A stretch of 64,000 nt of DNA from an uncultured Verrucomicrobiae bacterium (GTDB taxonomy: Bacteria; Verrucomicrobiota; Verrucomicrobiia; Chthoniobacterales; JAFAMB01): assembly GCA_963837955.1 (NCBI GenBank), contig CAWIPH010000002.1, forward strand, positions 3,232,001 through 3,296,000. Reading direction: 5' to 3'. Shown here piece by piece: positions 41,420-49,246 of the stretch. Made by a program: the position numbers and the translations under genes. Within the stretch, counting starts at the first letter, position 1. Each line of letters starts with the position of its first letter. The notes under the pieces are model-generated. The model ran no database searches. It was not told the DNA's origin and saw nothing but the letters and a program-made list of their open reading frames with translations.

Positions 41420-42817
41420 TTAGAAGCCAAAGCGCACCTCCACCCAAACCTGGTTGTTACGGAACCCTCGCGCGGGAATATTGGAGCTGTTATCTCGATA
41501 GAAATACGAAACGGAGATGTTCGCCCAGTCCTTCAAATGGTAGGTGAGACTGGGACGAATAAAGAAATAGTTATCTTCGCGCTGCCCATTTCCGGTGCTT
41601 GTCGCCGTCGCTTGGCTGTAAGCATCGTTTTCATAACCACCCTCCAGACCCATAAAGAAATCGCCAATCAAGTGCTGATCGATATTGCCTGATATCCTCG
41701 TTGCAGTATAATTGTCGCCGTTAATCGCGGCCGAGTTAGTCGTGTTGCGTGCCCCGTTCAGACTAAGCTTAGTGCCCGGAGAAAGCTCGTAGTTCGCGCT
41801 TAATCCGAATATCGGAGTGACGCGGGTTCCGCCGCTGCTGGAGAACTGCCGGAACTCGACTCCAGCATTCCCATCGAAACTCAACTTCGCCGTCGATACG
41901 AATCGGACCCGGAACAGCGCCTGCTGATAGGGTTGGCTACCCCCTTTATCGGGTTGGAGAACCCCAAATGCTCCTCCCACGCCAACCGTCACTTTGGGTG
42001 TAAGGTTGTAATTCAGCCAGTCGTGATTGAGGAACTCCTTCGAGCCAATTTGGCCCTGGTAGTGCACAAAGGTAACGCCGCCATCTAGATCGAGCGAGGT
42101 CTTGTCGCTGATGTTATAGCTCGCTTTTAGACCGGCAGCATAAATGTCGCTATTCACGCGCGCGCCAATATCCCGGTTCGGCCCAGACAACTTGTCGTAT
42201 TCAAAGTAACTACCGACTTTGAGGCGGCTGAAAGCGTATTGCGCTTCGACCCTCACATGCTGGTCTAGTGTATTGAGACTGCTGTAGTGATTAAAGAGGG
42301 TGAGAGTTGGGATATATTCAAGAGTGATGAAGTTAGCCTCCTTCTGGAGGTAATCCCCAAGTCCGAAAAGGACCCCAGGCGACAAGAGATAGACAAAGTC
42401 CCTTTTTTGATTCGTGCTGCTGATTTCGATGTTGTCGTCGTAGGTCGTGCGGAAACTCATCTCGGGGCGGATGTCGATGGGACCGAACAAAAGCCTCAAA
42501 CCGACTGACCGCGGGTCGAGCGCAACCTGAGGTTGTTCTTCTTCGGGCTTATTTTCCGGGGCCAATCCGTTGATTTCGCCTGACCAGCCTGGTTCCCGCT
42601 CGCCATTCATATCGGGGGATTGAGACTGCGGTGGTGGCTCGAGGGTAGGAGCCTGTTGCTCTGTGGCAGGTGCCTCGACCTTCCAATCCTCTGATTCCGA
42701 GGCCGGTTGTACCGCGCTCGGGGTAGGAGAAGGCGCCCCCACTTGACCATCCGCCGTCTGGGCTAATGCCTGGCAGATCGTCGCAGTACAAAGCCATCCT
42801 GTGCTCCGAAATAACAT
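41420..42817 (-). CDS. Outer-membrane beta-barrel protein of EPS loci (BBP2/EpsL-like)
   Basis: Signal peptide, 'YDDNI' motif, amphipathic beta strands, C-terminal Phe; directly upstream of Wza and Wzc. Confidence 0.78.
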   Translation of the reverse strand: MLFRSTGWLCTATICQALAQTADGQVGAPSPTPSAVQPASESEDWKVEAPATEQQAPTLEPPPQSQSPDMNGEREPGWSGEINGLAPENKPEEEQPQVALDPRSVGLRLLFGPIDIRPEMSFRTTYDDNIEISSTNQKRDFVYLLSPGVLFGLGDYLQKEANFITLEYIPTLTLFNHYSSLNTLDQHVRVEAQYAFSRLKVGSYFEYDKLSGPNRDIGARVNSDIYAAGLKASYNISDKTSLDLDGGVTFVHYQGQIGSKEFLNHDWLNYNLTPKVTVGVGGAFGVLQPDKGGSQPYQQALFRVRFVSTAKLSFDGNAGVEFRQFSSSGGTRVTPIFGLSANYELSPGTKLSLNGARNTTNSAAINGDNYTATRISGNIDQHLIGDFFMGLEGGYENDAYSQATATSTGNGQREDNYFFIRPSLTYHLKDWANISVSYFYRDNSSNIPARGFRNNQVWVEVRFGF

Positions 42818-43135
42818 GTCTTACCTTTCAAATTACTTCACGAAAGGGGGCGACACCGCTGCTGGCTGTCCTTCAAACGACGCCGTTCTCGCTATAGACT
42901 TTCCTGATCCCATTTACATCCCTCCCTCTGAATTACACCACCTGCGCCATCCATTATGGCGCACTCGGCGACATAAATAGCGCAAGAAATTTAAAGAACA
43001 AACAAAATTGTCGATAAATATGTTATCAATGAACATTATCAAAAATTTGACGCATTTCTGACGGATGATTCTTTCGGATTTAATGCCCATCTGATATATC
43101 CGATCTTCGTTCCCTAACCCCTCCCCCCTAAGCGA

Positions 43136-43570
43136 TTGAACCAACCAGACATCATGTCGCACGATGACTTTATCCTCGGCTACCAAAACGGCCGATTGGG
43201 ATGCAGTGTCAGCGCCTTGCTCACGTTGCGGCTTTTCCTGGCTGGCCGAATTCACGAAAAGCGGGTGGTGATCACCCTGATCTGTTGGTCCCTCGGTCTC
43301 ATACTTTTGATCGGTCTTTCCGCCATCGGGTTCCTTTTTCTACCTTTCCTCTGGGCGTTTCTCGGCACCATGCTCATGCTCGCGGTCTTTGCGCTCGGAT
43401 CTATCTACCAGGTTAGCGAGCTTGTGGTGTCTGCTGCATTGGTGGACAAACAATTTTATGAGTTAGCCAGAGCCGAACACGCTTTGTGGGTTTCCGCTGA
43501 CGGCGAGGGTAATCTGCCTAAGCTGCAGAAAGTTGTTCCTATGCGGCGCTCCCGTCGTGCCCAACGCTAA
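43136..43570 (+). CDS. Hypothetical membrane protein
   Basis: 144 aa with 2-3 hydrophobic segments, divergent from the EPS operon. Confidence 0.6.
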   Translation: MNQPDIMSHDDFILGYQNGRLGCSVSALLTLRLFLAGRIHEKRVVITLICWSLGLILLIGLSAIGFLFLPFLWAFLGTMLMLAVFALGSIYQVSELVVSAALVDKQFYELARAEHALWVSADGEGNLPKLQKVVPMRRSRRAQR

Positions 43571-44231
43571 CCTCCGACTTCCGTTGGCGGCGTTGCGGAT
43601 TTGTCCAAATCCACGCTTGGCAGCGAAAAGATTTCGGTGAGCTCCGGAAATCCGCGGCATTACGAAAACGGCTGCACCCTCGATTGGTTCAACCCTTTAG
43701 GATACGTTTCCATTTAGTATTCCCCCCTTTGTTTTGTCGTCTCGAGATTGTCCTCCGGACATCGTAAAGCCCGGTCGGCCGCCAGTCCGGTCCGTATTCC
43801 TTCGCACCAAGGCCAATTGCAGTCATTCCTAAGTGATATCAACTCCATGATCAGCTCCTTAAAATTAGTGGCATAAGTCAGTCACATCCTTGTCGCCGAA
43901 AACTACGAGAACCAGTATCCCTCTACTTCTCGAAACCAAGAAGGAGGATTTCTTTTCTCCGCTTTGACGGACGCTTTCACGTCTTATTCGATTATTTTTT
44001 TGCGAGTTTGTTCAAAGACGGAATCGGAAACCATCGTTTGCCTCCGCGAATTCTTTAAACCGCGAATGGACACAAAACGGGTCCTTGAGCAGCTCTAGTC
44101 AAGCGCGGTCCGAGCCCGGTGATCTAGAACCGGGCCGACAGAAAGTTTCTGTTTGGCTTAGGCTACCGGCTTCTCTAAAAAGGCGAGGCAGCAGACCGCA
44201 AACGATTTATCCGCCAAGATATTGCGCCCAG

Positions 44232-45283
44232 CTACGCATCAATCAGATCCCGCACACCACCGTGGGTGAAGGTTTTCACCATGGGCTTATCGAGAAAATC
44301 GTGCGGGAAACCGAGCTCGATCTGGCTCGCTTCATCTAATGCGCGAACCTCCTCCGCTGATAGCTTCAGATCCACGATGGCAACATTCGTTTCCAGCTGG
44401 TCCAGCCTCCGCGCACCCACGATTGGAATGACTGGCAACTTGCGATGTCGTAGCCACGCCAATGCGACCTGAGCCGGCGACAGCCCCGCTTGCTTCGCCA
44501 CCGTTCGCAGCGCATCAAGGACACGATTGGTACGCTCTCGATTATGAGCGAATTGCTGCATATCGGGGTTGTTGTCCATCCGACTTTTACCGTCATCGCT
44601 CTGAATCCCTTGTTCCGTCACTCGATATTTGCCACTCAGTAAACCGCCCGCCAGGGGGCTCCAGGCGGTCACGCTCATGCCGAATTCAGTAGCCATCGGA
44701 AGGAGTTCTCGCTCGGGGGTTCTCTCCAATAGACTGTACTCAATCTGTAACGCGACAAAAGGAGACCAGCCGCGCAGCTCGGCCAGGTATTGGCTTTGGC
44801 AATCCACCAGGCTGCAGCATCGGAAACTCCGACATAAAGGACCTTCCCTTGTCGCACCAGGTCATCAAAGCCGCGCATCACCTCTTCAGCCGGTGTGAGG
44901 CGATCCCAGATGTGCATCCAGTAAAGGTCTATATAGTCGGTCTTTAGCCGTTTAAGGCTGGCTTCGACCGACTGCATCATGCTCTTGCGATGATTGCCTG
45001 CCGCATTGGGATCCTTGCCAGGCAGGGCGTTGGTGAACTTGGTCGCAAGGACGACCTCGGCCCGATGTCCCTGCATAAATTCGCCGAGGAGCAGTTCACT
45101 TGTCCCGTTCGTGTAAACATTGGCGGTATCGATGAAATTTCCGCCCAATTCCCGAAAGTGATCGTAAATCCCACGGCTCTCTTCCTTCGACGAGCCCCAA
45201 CCCCAATCCTCGCCAAACGTCATGGTGCCCAAACAGATTTCAGAAACTCGCAACCCACTTCCTCCAAGTAGTTGGTATCGCAT
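44232..45283 (-). CDS. Aldo/keto reductase, one frameshift near 44786
   Basis: 'VSEICLGTMTFG', 'FIDTANVY', 'SLKRLKTDYIDLY', then 'LQIEYSL', 'WSPLAGGLLSGKY'; break is a missing C (ACCTGG for ACCCTGG). Confidence 0.9.
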
Positions 45284-45395
45284 AGTAACGTTTAAACTTA
45301 CTCAGCGAAGATTAGTCCGCAGGCAAAAGAAAGTAGCCGGATCTTTTAGCTCCGGAACCAAGCCCGGGATAGTGCTGTAAACGGGGCGACCCGTT

Positions 45396-45419
45396 GCGGA
45401 GGCGGAGCATCCGCCTACC
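45396..45419 (-). repeat. Solo GTAG-type REP-like palindrome
   Basis: Minus strand GGTAGGCGGATGCTCCGCCTCCGC: GTAG foot plus AGGCGGA/TCCGCCT stem, immediately after the SDR stop. Confidence 0.45.
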
Positions 45420-45421
45420 TT

Positions 45422-46147
45422 CTAAAGGTCTTGCGTTCGCGGCAACATGACCAGATCGCGAATGGTCACGTTTGATGGTCGCGTCAACATGAACAGGACT
45501 GCTTCGGCCACGTCTTCCGATCGCAAGCCTTCACCAGCTTCCGCCCGGCGATCGATCTCCTCCTCATCTTGAATGCCCCATAGTTCGTTCAAGACCATAC
45601 CAGGCGCGACTGCTCCAACCCGGATCCCTTTTTTTAGCAGCTGCCGTCGGAGACCATGAACAAATGATTGGACGGCGTGTTTGGAGGCGCTATACACCGG
45701 CTCCCAGTGAATAGCTTGATGTCCGGAGATTGAACTGCAGACAATAATATCTCCACTCCCCTGGGCCAGCATAGCCGGCAATACCGCGTGGACGGTATTC
45801 ATCACGCCTTTCACATTGACGTCGATCAATTGAGACCAAGCGTCCGGCAGACCATCCGCAACGTTACCAGAAAGGTAGAGCCCGGCGTTGGCGAATACAC
45901 CATCGAGCTTCCCGCAATGCTGAAGCGCCGCGTTCACCATATTTTTCACCGAGTCAATCGAGGTAACATCGCAAGCTACCGGGAACGCCTCGATTTCTTT
46001 TCCCAGCGACTGAAGTTTGTCGAAAGAACGAGCGGCAACAATCAACCGCGCGCCGCTGGCCGCCAGTAGCTTGGCCGTGGCTTTACCGATGCCGGAACTT
46101 GCCCCAGTGACCAGGATAGATCTGCCGACTAAACTTTGGGGAGACAT
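45422..46147 (-). CDS. Short-chain dehydrogenase, ribitol 2-dehydrogenase-like
   Basis: 'VTGASSGIG', 'ANAG', YxxxK in 'WEPVYSASKHAV', 'TIRDLVMLP'. Confidence 0.85.
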   Translation of the reverse strand: MSPQSLVGRSILVTGASSGIGKATAKLLAASGARLIVAARSFDKLQSLGKEIEAFPVACDVTSIDSVKNMVNAALQHCGKLDGVFANAGLYLSGNVADGLPDAWSQLIDVNVKGVMNTVHAVLPAMLAQGSGDIIVCSSISGHQAIHWEPVYSASKHAVQSFVHGLRRQLLKKGIRVGAVAPGMVLNELWGIQDEEEIDRRAEAGEGLRSEDVAEAVLFMLTRPSNVTIRDLVMLPRTQDL

Positions 46148-46209
46148 GGCCCATTCTATTACAGCGTATCGGATATATCGAGGAGACGATTGATGACCGA
46201 CATGCTTTC

Positions 46210-46253
46210 CCGGGGGCTAAACCCCCCGGACCTCCTGGCGCCCCTCCGGGGCG
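46210..46253. repeat. Pair of GC-rich hairpins (REP-like)
   Basis: CCGGGGG-CTAAAC-CCCCCGG and CGCCCC-TCC-GGGGCG between the ABM and SDR genes. Confidence 0.5.
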
Positions 46254-46270
46254 GAGAACCGGTGCTGGTC

Positions 46271-46579
46271 TTACGACTTTCGGGCAACAACACTAGTAAC
46301 ATCGTAGTGCCGCATTTCCTGAATATATGGCACGTAGGGCGCAATCTCCTGATAAAAGCGCTTGAACTCTGGGCTAGAACGAAACCCTTGCAGATGGCCT
46401 TCATGCGAGTCCCATTCAATTCGTAGAATATAAACGTTTGGATCGTCGGTGCAGCGAGCCAATTCGTAAGCGAGGCAATGAGGTGATTCATTCAACGGCT
46501 CGCTGGCTCGCTGGTAGGCTTGCTGCAGCGTTTCATTCTTGTCGGAGGGAACTTGATAACGGATGTACTCGGCAATCAT
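46271..46579 (-). CDS. Antibiotic biosynthesis monooxygenase (ABM) family protein
   Basis: 'MIAEYIRY', 'ILRIEWDSHEGHLQGFR', 'EMRHY'. Confidence 0.8.
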   Translation of the reverse strand: MIAEYIRYQVPSDKNETLQQAYQRASEPLNESPHCLAYELARCTDDPNVYILRIEWDSHEGHLQGFRSSPEFKRFYQEIAPYVPYIQEMRHYDVTSVVARKS

Positions 46580-46677
46580 AAATGGAATTCGCTTCTGCCG
46601 GCGACCCTACCAACCCGCCTCTCACTGGCAAGTCCCCACTATTTTGTGCCATACTTACCGCTTCGACACTGTTGCCT

Positions 46678-47031
46678 ATGCGCTTGAAAGATTGCCCGGT
46701 AGCTCGAACCCTCAGACTAATGAATGGAAAGTGGAAGCCGAGCATTCTATTTGAGTTGAAGGATTCCAGAATTCGTCCCGGAGAACTTGCTCGGCGGATA
46801 CCGGAAGCGAGTGCCAAAGTGCTGACTCAACAGCTTAAGGAGCTGGAGGAAGATGGCTTGGTCCGCCGTCGCGTCTACCGGGAAGTGCCGCCCAGGGTTG
46901 AATATTCGTTAACCAGCTTTGGCGACTCGCTTCGGCCGGTGCTGCAGGCCATCGCGGATTGGGGCGAGAAGAATAAGATCAGGTCGAGCAGGAGACGAAT
47001 CCGCGCAGGCTTAGCCGGAAAGCATACCTAG
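46678..47031 (+). CDS. HxlR-family winged-helix transcriptional regulator
   Basis: 'CPVARTLRLMNGKWK', 'KVLTQQLKELEEDGLV', 'EVPPRVEYSLT'; start set at MRLKDCP; divergent from the ABM gene. Confidence 0.9.
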   Translation: MRLKDCPVARTLRLMNGKWKPSILFELKDSRIRPGELARRIPEASAKVLTQQLKELEEDGLVRRRVYREVPPRVEYSLTSFGDSLRPVLQAIADWGEKNKIRSSRRRIRAGLAGKHT

Positions 47032-47088
47032 TCAGAGAGTTTCTGCACTTATCTTTGACCGGGAGCCAGCATCCTCGTACAAATTCGG

Positions 47089-47820
47089 ATGATCGTGCAG
47101 GCCTGCCTGAACGGCGCGCACCCACCGAACTATCATCCGCACCTGCCTGTAACCATCCAGGCCATCGTCGAGGATGGCTGCAGGGTTGTGGCCGCCGGCG
47201 CAAACGAGTTGCACGTTCACGTTCGTGACCAGACCGGGCTTGAGAGCCTGCACCCGGATTGCGTCGATGCAACGATAACAGATTTGAAAGCTCAGCTTCC
47301 CGGCACGCTGATCGGGATCAGCACGGGCGAATGGATAGAGAAAGATGATGATCGCTTGTTGACTTATGTAGGGCGTTGGCGTGCCTTGCCCGACTACGCC
47401 TCCGTAAACTTGAGCGAGAAAAACGCTCCGGCCCTAATCGAAAGACTTCACCGAGTGGGCATAGGTATCGAGGCTGGACTGGCAGGGGCCAGCGATGCAG
47501 AGCGCCTGCTCGCGCTCGATCTTGAGCAGTTTGCTTTGCGCATACTTGTGGAAGTGAGCGAGCAAGAGCTCCCTCATGCCCTGGCGATCACAGATGAAAT
47601 TCTTTCAGTGCTCAGACGATCGAGTGCTCGAAAACCGATTCTCATGCATGGCGCAAATGCTTCGGCATGGCCGTTGCTCCAGCGCGCGATCAAATCTGGG
47701 TTTTCCACCCGGATCGGCCTCGAAGATGTGTCGATCCTACCAGATGGATCGACGGCCAAATCCAATGCCGACTTAGTCGCGGCGGCTCTTCGCTTGGCTC
47801 GATCATCTGCCACCGCTTGA
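47089..47820 (+). CDS. 3-keto-5-aminohexanoate cleavage enzyme family (BKACE/DUF849)
   Basis: 'MIVQACLNGA', Zn ligands 'HVHVRD', 'RIGLED'. Confidence 0.88.
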   Translation: MIVQACLNGAHPPNYHPHLPVTIQAIVEDGCRVVAAGANELHVHVRDQTGLESLHPDCVDATITDLKAQLPGTLIGISTGEWIEKDDDRLLTYVGRWRALPDYASVNLSEKNAPALIERLHRVGIGIEAGLAGASDAERLLALDLEQFALRILVEVSEQELPHALAITDEILSVLRRSSARKPILMHGANASAWPLLQRAIKSGFSTRIGLEDVSILPDGSTAKSNADLVAAALRLARSSATA

Positions 47821-47838
47821 CCAAGATACAGACTGCCT

Positions 47839-48933
47839 ATGAAAATCCGAATCGGTACCCGGTTGGTACGAGCTTCTTGGGTCTGGTGGGCTCTGCCTGT
47901 GCTTTTCTTGGCAACACCGGCGAGAGCAAATACTTCTCAGTTCGTCCGAAGCGATTTTCACGTGGTGACCAACGATGGACTCCAAATAGCCGTTCGTGAA
48001 GTAAGACGCTCGGGAGGTGAGGTAAACAAAATGCCACCCGTTATTCTGGTCCATGGCGCTCGGGTCCCCGGGATTGCATCGTTCGATCTCCCGGTGCCGG
48101 GAGGATCGTTGGCCGAAGATCTAACGAGGCGGGGCTCCGTCATTTACGTGATGGACGCAAGAGGCTATGGCAACTCTACCAGGCCCAAAGCGATGGATCA
48201 GCCCGCAGAAGAAAATCGGCCGCTGTCCCGCGCTTATGAGGTTGTGCGCGATATTGCTGCAGTAGTCCGCGAGGTTCAACATCGGAACAGCACCGACCAA
48301 GTCGCTCTTTTCGGATGGGCAACCGGAGCTATGTGGTGCGGCATGTATGCCTCGGAGTATCCCGAAACGATTAGTTATTTGATTCTTCTAAACGGCTTAT
48401 ACGGTGGATCGACCGAACATCCAATGCTTGGTCACGGGTCTGCCAGCGAAGATCCTGAGCGTCCGGGCAGGTTCAATGAGAAAAGGGCCGGTGCGTATTC
48501 GATGGCGGATGCGCACTCGCTGATTGCCCGATGGGACGCGTCCATTTCTGAGCAAGACAAATCGTTGTGGAGAGATCCCGCGGTTGCTCAAGCCTACCAA
48601 GACGCAGCTTTGGCGAGCGATCCGACCTCTTTTTCCCGCCATCCAGCAAGTTTGCGTGCTCCTAATGGTGCCCTTGAAGACAGTTTTTATCAAGCCATTG
48701 GCCGGCAGCTTTACGATGGATCCTCGATTCTGAGCAACGTGCTGATCATTCGTTCGGAAAACGACTTTTGGAGCCGAACCGCAGACGTCGAGACCCTGGC
48801 CAGCCATTTGATTAACGCTAAACAGGTACGCGTTCTTACCTTACCGCAAGCAACCCATTTTGTTCACCTGGACCGGGCCGAAAGAGGACGCGCGACCTTG
48901 ATTAGCGCCATCTTGGACTTTCTTTCCAAATAA
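47839..48933 (+). CDS. Secreted alpha/beta-hydrolase-fold protein
   Basis: Signal peptide (ARA), 'ILVHGA', 'DARGYGNS', elbow 'GWATG', C-terminal 'ATHFVH'. Confidence 0.85.
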   Translation: MKIRIGTRLVRASWVWWALPVLFLATPARANTSQFVRSDFHVVTNDGLQIAVREVRRSGGEVNKMPPVILVHGARVPGIASFDLPVPGGSLAEDLTRRGSVIYVMDARGYGNSTRPKAMDQPAEENRPLSRAYEVVRDIAAVVREVQHRNSTDQVALFGWATGAMWCGMYASEYPETISYLILLNGLYGGSTEHPMLGHGSASEDPERPGRFNEKRAGAYSMADAHSLIARWDASISEQDKSLWRDPAVAQAYQDAALASDPTSFSRHPASLRAPNGALEDSFYQAIGRQLYDGSSILSNVLIIRSENDFWSRTADVETLASHLINAKQVRVLTLPQATHFVHLDRAERGRATLISAILDFLSK

Positions 48934-49026
48934 AGGCGCAAGTAAGCATCTGTAACGCGTCACTTCTTCGAACCGTAATTAGATAGTGGGCCTATCCGTA
49001 CATGGTCTGGTACTCGGAGATCCAAA

Positions 49027-49110
49027 ATGGATACGTACATTGCGTTGACAATCATTTTGCTTGCGCTGATCGGCATTTGGCTGCGGCACAAACCGCGGCC
49101 GCGGCATTGA
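49027..49110 (+). CDS. Small single-TM peptide, 27 aa (MDTYIALTIILLALIGIWLRHKPRPRH)
   Basis: GGAGA Shine-Dalgarno-like sequence 6 nt before ATG; hydrophobic core plus basic tail; below the ORF-track cutoff. Confidence 0.5.
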   Translation: MDTYIALTIILLALIGIWLRHKPRPRH

Positions 49111-49246
49111 ACCCCCGAGTTTACGCAGAACAGCCCAGCCTCGACCCTGTCTAGGAGACGGATCGTTGCCTACCCCATTACCGTGAGCCGGCGCATTTTT
49201 GAGGATCCTCTCCACCCCGGCATGCTCAACCCACTCGGGTCATGAG

